Shown here: in pieces, positions 56,925-64,000 of the stretch
Position numbering within the stretch: the first letter of the stretch is position 1
How the letters are laid out: each line of letters begins with the position of its first letter
Assembly (NCBI GenBank): GCA_905067555.1
Contig: CAJHIS010000001.1
Location: 8,611-72,610 of the forward strand
DNA from: Candidatus Argoarchaeum ethanivorans
Lineage (GTDB): Archaea; Halobacteriota; Methanosarcinia; Methanosarcinales; EX4572-44
Reading direction: 5' to 3'
Length of the DNA stretch: 64,000 nucleotides
Notes under the pieces: model-generated
What the model was told of the DNA's origin: nothing
Seen by the model: only the letters and a program-made list of their open reading frames with translations
Database searches by the model: none
Program-made: the position numbers and the translations under genes

Positions 56925-57824
56925 TTAAAACAATGGTTTATCGGTTTGTGGCAGAATCTGTTGTTCTCGCGCAAGCTGGAATAGTGTTTCGACCGCCGCT
57001 TTACCATCTACTCCTATGTCGATAGTGTAATCATTAACGTACATGCCGATATGGGCTTGTATCACATCGTCTGCCATTTCCTGTGCATACTGTTTTACAT
57101 ATTGCATTGCTGCACCAGGGTTTTTATTTGCATACTTGATGCTCTCACAAAGAGCTGTGTCGATAGTATCTATGGCTTTTTTGCCAATACTTCGCTTTGC
57201 AGCAACACAACCGAGGGGAATTAACTTCCCAGTCTCATCTTCCCACCATTCTCCAAGATCCACCACTTTCTTTAGCCTATAGTGTGGATAGGTAAAGCGG
57301 CTTTCATGAATGATCGCTCCCGCATCAACAATTCCATCTGCTACCGCAGGCATTATTTTGTCAAATGGCATGATAACTATGTTTTTTATTTTTGGCTCAA
57401 ACAATTGCAGCAACAGGTATGCAGTGGTAAATTTTCCTGGCACAGCAATTGTTTTTCCAGTAAGCTCTGCCTGTTTGAAACTCTCTTGTGCAACAATAAT
57501 TGGCCCACACCCTCTTCCAAGTGCACTTCCACTTCGCAGAAGAGAGTATTCATCAAGCAGGAATCCAAGTGCATGGTAGGAAAGCTTGCTTACATCATAG
57601 CATCCTGAAAATGCCTGCTGGTTCAATGTCTCAATATCATGCAGGTGCGGGTTAAATCTGATGTTATAGGTATCAACAGGTAGATTTGTTTCTGCTTGCG
57701 TTGTATGTGGGTGTTGGTTAAATCTGATGTTACAGGTATCGACAAGGTTGTGGGCTAAAGCATGAAATATAAAGGTATCATTAGGGCACGTTGAATAGCC
57801 AAGTGAATAATATTTGTTTACCAT
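56925..57824 (-). CDS. MqnA/MqnD family (futalosine-pathway) protein
   Basis: LGYSTCPNDTFIFHAL N-terminus, DVSKLSYHA and GSALGRGCGPI. It contains a 22-aa in-frame duplication/insert. Confidence 0.7.
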   Translation of the reverse strand: MVNKYYSLGYSTCPNDTFIFHALAHNLVDTCNIRFNQHPHTTQAETNLPVDTYNIRFNPHLHDIETLNQQAFSGCYDVSKLSYHALGFLLDEYSLLRSGSALGRGCGPIIVAQESFKQAELTGKTIAVPGKFTTAYLLLQLFEPKIKNIVIMPFDKIMPAVADGIVDAGAIIHESRFTYPHYRLKKVVDLGEWWEDETGKLIPLGCVAAKRSIGKKAIDTIDTALCESIKYANKNPGAAMQYVKQYAQEMADDVIQAHIGMYVNDYTIDIGVDGKAAVETLFQLAREQQILPQTDKPLF

Positions 57825-57842
57825 TTCAAATCCATGCAGTAA

Positions 57843-58655
57843 TCAGTCTATCAGTTCTTTTACAATCGGCACGAGTTCATCTAACCGATTGATGGTTTTA
57901 TCTACACTCTCAAGAAGCCTTGCTGGACGCATATTATACTGCTGCAAAGTTAGTATCGCCATGTCTGAAGCCTCAAAGGCAAGTAAATCATTTATAGCAT
58001 CTCCTACCATAATTACCGGATTATATTTCTTTTTAAGTCGATTGACTATCTCCCTTTTACGAAGAGGAGTGGATAAACCAAAGGATTTCTCTTGCGTAAT
58101 TCCAATACAGTCAGCCAAGTGCTCAATATCCAGTTGTCGATCGCCAGAAGCTATGTACACATCAACTCCAAGCTGGTGCAAGGCTGCGATAATCTTTTTT
58201 ACATGAGGAAATAAACTCCCCCTGCTGCTTAAAGCGTATGGGATGTTCTGGGCTTCCATATCTACCATGATGCCAATTCCAACATAATAACGATTATTGT
58301 AACCGGACAATACCTCATCCAGTACCTCTTGGAGGTCTCTTACTGTTGCCCTACTATCCTTTTTAACAGCTTTGATAACCGCCTCTTTTGTTATAGGCTG
58401 CGATGTGCAGGTAATACCAATATCAATGTTATAGGTGTCAAGAAAATCACGGATTGGAATTGAAGATGGGAGTTGTTGTATATCTTCAACATCTTCCATG
58501 TGGATTACTGCGATTACACATTCCTTTTTTTTACTAGCCATTGCAACAGTAGACACATCACACAGCATCAAATTTTTATTTATGTCCTTGGCAATTCGAT
58601 ACATAGAAAGCAGAGTGCCAGCACTATCAAACACCACAGCAGCATGTTTAGACAT
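57843..58655 (-). CDS. HAD-superfamily hydrolase (soluble P-type-ATPase-like)
   Basis: VVFDSAGTL (motif I), IASGD and MVGDAINDL (motif IV). The start is set at MSKHAAVV, while the track ORF extends to 58709. Confidence 0.7.
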   Translation of the reverse strand: MSKHAAVVFDSAGTLLSMYRIAKDINKNLMLCDVSTVAMASKKKECVIAVIHMEDVEDIQQLPSSIPIRDFLDTYNIDIGITCTSQPITKEAVIKAVKKDSRATVRDLQEVLDEVLSGYNNRYYVGIGIMVDMEAQNIPYALSSRGSLFPHVKKIIAALHQLGVDVYIASGDRQLDIEHLADCIGITQEKSFGLSTPLRKREIVNRLKKKYNPVIMVGDAINDLLAFEASDMAILTLQQYNMRPARLLESVDKTINRLDELVPIVKELID

Positions 58656-58792
58656 ACAAAACATAGTAACCCATTCTGATAATATATGTGTTTCCACCAA
58701 TAGCATCATGCCAGGCTTGTGAAATCATAGACAATTTAGTCATTTTGGAGTCGCAGAACTACATACTCCGTATGCAGAGATTAACCTAACAA

Positions 58793-58870
58793 CTGCACAA
58801 CTTCGTTGTGCAAAAATACCGGTAACCTTTAATTCTTGATTGCGAAGCAATCAAGTGTGCCAGCAATCAA
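58793..58870. repeat. dual-hairpin intergenic element (no flanking duplication detected)
   Basis: CTGCACAACTTCGTTGTGCA (58793-58812) and CTTGATTGCGAAGCAATCAAG (58835-58855), plus a partial GCAATCAAG. Confidence 0.8.
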
Positions 58871-58960
58871 GTTTCAGGTCAATCATCATCGCTCAGGTTT
58901 AAGTAAAACTTTTCGGAAGTAATATAAATAAGTGGAAACAACAACATTCTGGTACTACGT

Positions 58961-60154
58961 ATGAAGATCATTCGCGATCCGGTACATGGACACATCCAGC
59001 TTGATGCTCTTGCCGTTCAAATCATCGATACACCATACTTCCAGAGGCTGAGGCGGATACGGCAGCTTGGATTGTCGTATCTTGTATACCCTGGTGCAAA
59101 TCATACAAGATTCGAACATAGTCTTGGAAGTTACTATCTCGCGTGCAAGCTCACACACCTTATAGAGGATCCACAGATAAAAAAAGAAATACAGCTAGCA
59201 GCCTTGCTTCATGATATTGGACATGGGCCGCTATCCCACACCACTGAAGAACTAATTCACAGGTACACCAGAAAAACTCATATTGATGTGGAAGATATTG
59301 TTGAACATACGGTTATTGCAAGCATACTTGAAGCATACGAAATCTCGCCAAAACAGATAGTAAAACATATAAAAGGCCAGACTTATGAAAGCCAGATACT
59401 TACAAGCGAAATTGATGTTGACCGCATGGATTACCTGATCAGGGATTCTCACTATACAGGTGTTGCTTATGGGCTCATTGACCATCTGAGACTCCTTCAC
59501 GAAATACATTTTCATGGAAACAAACTTGCGGTGGAAATGGGCGGGTTGCGGGCGGTAGAGGCTTTACTTATATCACGCTTCTTTATGCATCCAACAGTAT
59601 ATTATCATCATGTAAGTCGTATAGCAGAAAGCATGTGCCAGAAAGCCATTGAACACCTGCTGGATAAACAAAAACTGCAACCCTTCGAGCTACGTTCAAT
59701 GGATGATACAACTCTTATCACAACCCTGCAACAATCAGATAAATACACAAAAGAAATAGCAAATCGGTTGAATAACAGAAACCTCTTCAAACGGGCCATA
59801 TACACAGGATTTGACAATCTTCCTGCAAACATTTTGACATACATTGGACATTCCAAACGACTTGAACATGAAATAGCAGAAACAGCAAATATCAATCCGG
59901 ACTATGTAATTGTTGACATACCACCACAGCCAGAGATATGCGAGAGTAAAGCACAGATTATAATCAATGACACCACATTACCGCTGGATCAAGCATCGCC
60001 AATAGTGGCTTCTCTTGAAAAATCACAGCACGATAACTGGAGGCTTGGAATATATACGCTGCCGGAGTATAGGAATCGTATAGCGACTGCTTCACGAGAG
60101 ATACTCCAGATAAAAAGAGAAACAAAGCAGTATCGGTTGGATAACATGCCGTGA
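58961..60154 (+). CDS. HD-domain dNTP triphosphohydrolase-like (SAMHD1/dGTPase family) protein
   Basis: HTRFEHSLG, LLHDIGHGPLSH and DVDRMDYLIRDSHYTGV. Confidence 0.85.
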   Translation: MKIIRDPVHGHIQLDALAVQIIDTPYFQRLRRIRQLGLSYLVYPGANHTRFEHSLGSYYLACKLTHLIEDPQIKKEIQLAALLHDIGHGPLSHTTEELIHRYTRKTHIDVEDIVEHTVIASILEAYEISPKQIVKHIKGQTYESQILTSEIDVDRMDYLIRDSHYTGVAYGLIDHLRLLHEIHFHGNKLAVEMGGLRAVEALLISRFFMHPTVYYHHVSRIAESMCQKAIEHLLDKQKLQPFELRSMDDTTLITTLQQSDKYTKEIANRLNNRNLFKRAIYTGFDNLPANILTYIGHSKRLEHEIAETANINPDYVIVDIPPQPEICESKAQIIINDTTLPLDQASPIVASLEKSQHDNWRLGIYTLPEYRNRIATASREILQIKRETKQYRLDNMP

Positions 60155-60225
60155 AATAAACACACATTTATAGTTTAATACCTACTCTATAATCTTAAAA
60201 GATATGAAAAACAATTTAAAATCGT

Positions 60226-60690
60226 ATGAATGATTTGATTTACGCCGTTGTGCAACCTTTCAAAATAAAAGGTGAACGCAGCATTAAGACAAAAGAATTC
60301 ATCCTCAGCCTTGTACTGGATTTAAAATGGTTTAAACCGGATGAAGCAAAAACTGTGCTCTCAACTGCTGTAAACAACGGACTGCTGCAACAAGAAGGAG
60401 ATTTTGTAACAGTAAACTTTGATCTTACACAGGTAAACCCCCCATTCGATTTCAAGCCAACCACTGATATAATAAATACAGCAGAAGAAAGCTTGTTTGA
60501 AAAAATAATTGAGCGGATCATCGTTAACACTGGAGAGGATAAACGGAAGGTCATAGCAGCTATCAACCAGAACCAGAAAAAATTATCTAGATTGGTTGAT
60601 ATAAATGTAAGCGCTTTGATAATAGCTATGGAAAATGATGTTGATGTGTCAGACCTGATTAACGCTGCCTATCACGAGCTTGAAATATAA
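60226..60690 (+). CDS. conserved archaeal hypothetical protein
   Basis: 154-aa ORF with plausible coding composition. No motif recognised. Confidence 0.5.
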   Translation: MNDLIYAVVQPFKIKGERSIKTKEFILSLVLDLKWFKPDEAKTVLSTAVNNGLLQQEGDFVTVNFDLTQVNPPFDFKPTTDIINTAEESLFEKIIERIIVNTGEDKRKVIAAINQNQKKLSRLVDINVSALIIAMENDVDVSDLINAAYHELEI

Positions 60691-60718
60691 TATTGGTATT
60701 TGTTTAGCTCCTTTTTGT

Positions 60719-60842
60719 AACCACGAGATTACACAGATTTTCACGAGAAAAAATGAACATGCAAGATATAAAATGCAAATCTAAATAATATCGTATGCCT
60801 AAGTATCATCTTCTTGTATTAGTCTCGTGGAATCTCGTGGTT
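60719..60842. mobile_element. 124-bp MITE-like element with AACCACGAGAT-type terminal inverted repeats
   Basis: The left end is AACCACGAGATT...TTCACGAGA. The right end TCTCGTGGAATCTCGTGGTT is the reverse complement of AACCACGAGATTCCACGAGA. Solo copies of the end motif occur at 6463, 10690 and 35097. Confidence 0.65.
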
Positions 60843-60932
60843 TTTTCCGCCTCAGCTCGAAACATATACTTTACCAAAAATAATGATGGGTTTTTATATG
60901 ATGTGGAAAATAAGATTAAACGAACGATTAAG

Positions 60933-63900
60933 GTGAAGCACTTGACTACCGAACGCAGCTATCTGTTATTAATAACGTTATTTTTCATATCTGTGATGTG
61001 TACCTGCCAGGTCGCTTCTGCTGATGATAGAATAAGTTTTGAATTTCCACTTGAAACTGGAGATAGTATATATTTTGAAGATGGTTACTACAAGGTAACA
61101 CTTGTCGGTACTGAATGGCAGTTTGGTTGGGCACTGCTTAATATTAGCTGTGATAGTTGTTTATACGAGCCGCGAGAGGTCTATGGTCGTAAAAACGAGA
61201 CAATCCATTATCCGAGTGCTGATAACCCAGTGATATCTATAACTAATACAAGAGACGTTAGTAGAGATAGTGCCAGAGTAACCATATCATTTCCAGAACG
61301 CTGGAGTTATAAGCTCGTCACTGGAGAAGAGGTGGATAAAGTAGAGGTGAATAAAGTGGAAATACGCGGTGACGTGTATGATAACCTTACTAACCATAAA
61401 CCCAATGCCACTGGCAAAGGTATAGCAAGTTGGAATTCATACAACTTCGCCGGTTTTTTCTATGATTTTGATACTGATTTTTGGAGCGAGACGTTGACGG
61501 TTGAAAGTGCATCTGGTCGCAGCATCGATGAAAATGATTTGGTGTATGAATCTAATCCAATCAATATCAACTTTGAACATGATGACTGGGGCAAGTACGA
61601 TCTTATTGGTTTTATGGCTGAGGAATACTTTGCTGCTTATAATAACACAATTCCAGTAACCAGTAAAGATCTACTCTCAAAAGGGTACCTTTCTAAAGTG
61701 TTAATCGATGAAGACGATAAGCATACTATCACCATTGGAAGCACTCTACCTCTTAAGGAAGGGTATGCACTAAAAGCCATTGACATCAGTGTAAATGATA
61801 CACTGGTGCGCTTTGTACTACTAAAAGATGGTGAAGAAGTCTCTGGGAGCGATGAAATTGTCGATAAAGGTAAAAACTACGTATACGAGAAAAAGATTGG
61901 GAATGTCAGTGATGTTCCAATAATAATTGTGTATGTTGAAACTGTTTTCCATGGCAGGGAGACCGATGCAGCCTTCATTCACGGAGTATTCCAGATTTCA
62001 GAGAATCCCATAGAAATCGAAACTGGTGATACCTACGGCATCATGGAAGTGAAAGAACGAAGTGGCAAAATCATAATGAAAAACCGAGAATCAATATCTT
62101 TGGATGCTGGTGACATGATTGATGTGATGGGAGAGGTTCGTTTTAAGGTAGCAGATTCTGATGAGTTGAGATTTTATCCGTTTATAGACTGCTCAGGGTA
62201 TTGTGAGATCAGAGGAATGTTGACAAACGGTACAGAAACACAAACATGGGATTCGTATTCTTTTGCAGGGCTTTATTACGATTTGGATCAGGATATTAAA
62301 ACTGAAAAATTGGAGATTTCAGGAATTTCTGGCAGAACGATAGAAAAAGGAAATCTGACGTATCAGACTCATAGTACTCATAAATATTTCAATGTTTATA
62401 AATATAAAGGACTTTTAGTGAATGGAGAAGCTAATTATTCAGTTATTGGCTGGAAAGGAGAGCAGTATGCAGCCATCAACGAAAAGGCAAATAAGATTGC
62501 CAGGATAGTTGTTGAGCAGGATAATACGCCAAGTGATAAAAAAACCCTGACGATTGGCGAGACATGGGATATTGGAGATGGCTGGAGTTTGACGGCTCAG
62601 GGGATCGATGCCAGAGCAACTCCGAGACAGGCATGGCTTGTCCTAAGCAAGGATGGCGTAAAGCTTGAAGATGAAGTTGTAGCTGATGGAGATGTGGTTA
62701 CCTACCAAGAGGATCTCAGTGGTGAAAGTGATGTTCCTCTCTTTGTAACTTATGTAGACAGCGTGTTTGTAGGTGCAACCAGTGATATGGTGCAGTTAAG
62801 ATACACATGGGCAATCTCCCCAGACGTAACGATTATAAAAAGCGGGGATGAATTCGGTAAACTGGAAGTTGTCAATGCCACACAGAAGAAACTTATTCTA
62901 AATAACAACTACAATTTTTCCCTTGATCCAGAAAGTACTAAACACATAATTGGCAAGATCAATTTTAAAATTGCAGACTCTTCTTCCCTCAGGTTTTATC
63001 CATTTATAGCTATAAACAGCTTTCCTCCTTCTCCTCTCCCCGCCGCATGGTCAGGTATAGCCAGGTGGAATCTCTATGAGAATTATACCTTTGCCCTGAT
63101 AGACATTGATGCAAAATCATCCCCGCGTCAGGCGTGGCTTCAGTTATCAAAAGATGACTATGTAATAGAGGATATTGTTGTGAGACCAGGAGATATCTAC
63201 AGGTATAACGGGACACATTGCGAGATATTCAGCGCTAAAATGGAGGCTATTTTCAAAGGAACCGCCACCGATCTGGTGAGGCTGACAGATGTCTGCCAGT
63301 ACTCGGAGACAAATGGAAGTCTTCTCATAAACAATAATACTTACTTATTCATACACGGTTCTCCTGATAGACAGGACTGGGAGATATATGAAAACTATAA
63401 TTTTTCCCTTCTGGATATTGATGCAGGGGCTACACCGAGGCAGGCGTGGCTGCAGCTCTCAAAGAACAATGTAACAGTTATGGATAGAGTGGTTGTATCG
63501 GGCGATTGCTTCTCGTACGGACCCAACACAACTATTTTCAGTGCATGTGTAGGCGATATTTTTTGGGGCATGAACAGTGTGGGCAGCAAGCTGGTTACAC
63601 TTGAGGGCGTCTATCAGTATTCAGAGATAGATAAAAGTGTTCTGATAAACAATGCAACCTATCTATTCATGCCAGAGGAAGCTGCGCCACTTGAAACAGC
63701 AGAGCTTGAAGAAAATTATAATCTCTCTTTGATGGACATCGATGCAAGGGCTACACCCAGGGAGGCGTGGCTACAGATTTCCAATGGCACTCACAGGAGC
63801 AATGCAATAGTTCATGATGGTGAGAGATACACTGATGGCGCTTTAGAGATTGTTATCGGTTCTGTGTTCCATGGAGGGAAATCGACAAACATGGTACTGT

Positions 63901-64000
63901 TAAGCAGCGTAAGACAGCACTCTACGAATGACACCCTGATCTTAAACCAGTCCATGCTACTCGCTGATCAGTATCCGAATGGAGAGATATGGGCGCTGCA
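60933..64000 (+). CDS. S-layer / cell-surface protein with Methanosarcina-type duplication domains (partial, continues beyond the window)
   Basis: It is absent from the ORF track because no stop is reached. The frame is open from GTG 60933 to 64000 wherever I spot-checked it. It has a signal peptide (LLLITLFFISVMCTCQVASA). The W.SYNFAGF(F/Y)YD.D... and EGYALKAIDI... blocks occur twice. From about 63050 there are about 320-nt modules of ENY.F.L.DIDA..TPRQAWLQLSK. Confidence 0.75.
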   Translation, partial: MKHLTTERSYLLLITLFFISVMCTCQVASADDRISFEFPLETGDSIYFEDGYYKVTLVGTEWQFGWALLNISCDSCLYEPREVYGRKNETIHYPSADNPVISITNTRDVSRDSARVTISFPERWSYKLVTGEEVDKVEVNKVEIRGDVYDNLTNHKPNATGKGIASWNSYNFAGFFYDFDTDFWSETLTVESASGRSIDENDLVYESNPININFEHDDWGKYDLIGFMAEEYFAAYNNTIPVTSKDLLSKGYLSKVLIDEDDKHTITIGSTLPLKEGYALKAIDISVNDTLVRFVLLKDGEEVSGSDEIVDKGKNYVYEKKIGNVSDVPIIIVYVETVFHGRETDAAFIHGVFQISENPIEIETGDTYGIMEVKERSGKIIMKNRESISLDAGDMIDVMGEVRFKVADSDELRFYPFIDCSGYCEIRGMLTNGTETQTWDSYSFAGLYYDLDQDIKTEKLEISGISGRTIEKGNLTYQTHSTHKYFNVYKYKGLLVNGEANYSVIGWKGEQYAAINEKANKIARIVVEQDNTPSDKKTLTIGETWDIGDGWSLTAQGIDARATPRQAWLVLSKDGVKLEDEVVADGDVVTYQEDLSGESDVPLFVTYVDSVFVGATSDMVQLRYTWAISPDVTIIKSGDEFGKLEVVNATQKKLILNNNYNFSLDPESTKHIIGKINFKIADSSSLRFYPFIAINSFPPSPLPAAWSGIARWNLYENYTFALIDIDAKSSPRQAWLQLSKDDYVIEDIVVRPGDIYRYNGTHCEIFSAKMEAIFKGTATDLVRLTDVCQYSETNGSLLINNNTYLFIHGSPDRQDWEIYENYNFSLLDIDAGATPRQAWLQLSKNNVTVMDRVVVSGDCFSYGPNTTIFSACVGDIFWGMNSVGSKLVTLEGVYQYSEIDKSVLINNATYLFMPEEAAPLETAELEENYNLSLMDIDARATPREAWLQISNGTHRSNAIVHDGERYTDGALEIVIGSVFHGGKSTNMVLLSSVRQHSTNDTLILNQSMLLADQYPNGEIWAL

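Noticed and set aside
58961-60154. SAMHD1/dGTPase-like HD protein as an antiviral dNTP-depletion gene.
   Set aside because: It has native composition and is flanked by core metabolic genes, not by an island. This family is a widespread housekeeping protein in archaea. There is no specific evidence for a defence role here.
1012-63589. The many 60-150-aa ORFs in the track lying antisense to or inside the large genes (for example 1445-1699, 2424-2744, 6815-7114, 13152-13499, 23169-23449, 36532-36951, 48219-48983, 63010-63216).
   Set aside because: Each is fully contained within a longer ORF that has clear family motifs on the other strand or frame. They are typical shadow ORFs and were not reported as features.

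Overview
This is an archaeal chromosomal window, most likely from a Methanosarcinales-type methanogen or methanotroph. Supporting markers are topoisomerase VI, methanogenesis-marker-like genes, MptA/MptD, archaeal AroA'/AroB', a PGF-CTERM sorting signal, Methanosarcina-type S-layer duplication domains and A1:U72 tRNA-Gln. I can support about 55 protein genes, 3 tRNAs, one IS element and several families of short repeats. No CRISPR array, cas gene or rRNA is visible.

Core blocks:
- top6B-top6A
- adenine deaminase
- a putative mmp6/mmp5/mmp15 cluster
- modBC-like ABC transporter
- an octaheme HAO-like cytochrome, rubrerythrin-like protein and small siroheme reductase cluster
- metG
- an HdrBC-like gene followed by the three-subunit archaeal glutamate synthase and glnA
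- a pterin/deazapurine block (mptD-like, queC, moaC, mptA)
- scpAB
- an aconitase-family dehydratase
- an Rnl3-type RNA ligase
- aroA'-aroB'
- an mqnD-like gene
- a partial S-layer gene running off the 3' end

Two AT-rich accessory islands interrupt this core:
- About 14.3-21.9 kb: a TIR/NDT-like membrane protein, an IS1182-like element with an in-frame TAG, a GNAT gene and a HEPN protein.
- About 49.4-56.7 kb, ending at a tRNA-Glu/tRNA-Gln pair.

Most interesting observations:
1. A tightly coupled four-gene operon at 49596-54817. It encodes an SPPY DNA methyltransferase, an NDT-like protein, a 920-aa wHTH + atypical kinase + P-loop ATPase, and a tandem Csa3/CARF-like protein. It matches no defence or modification system I can name.
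2. A family of small hairpin-bearing insertions that sit exactly on gene junctions. Each is flanked by long (23-95 bp) direct duplications of the junction, so both neighbouring genes keep their stop, Shine-Dalgarno and start signals.

All functional calls come from motif reading by eye. No database search was run.
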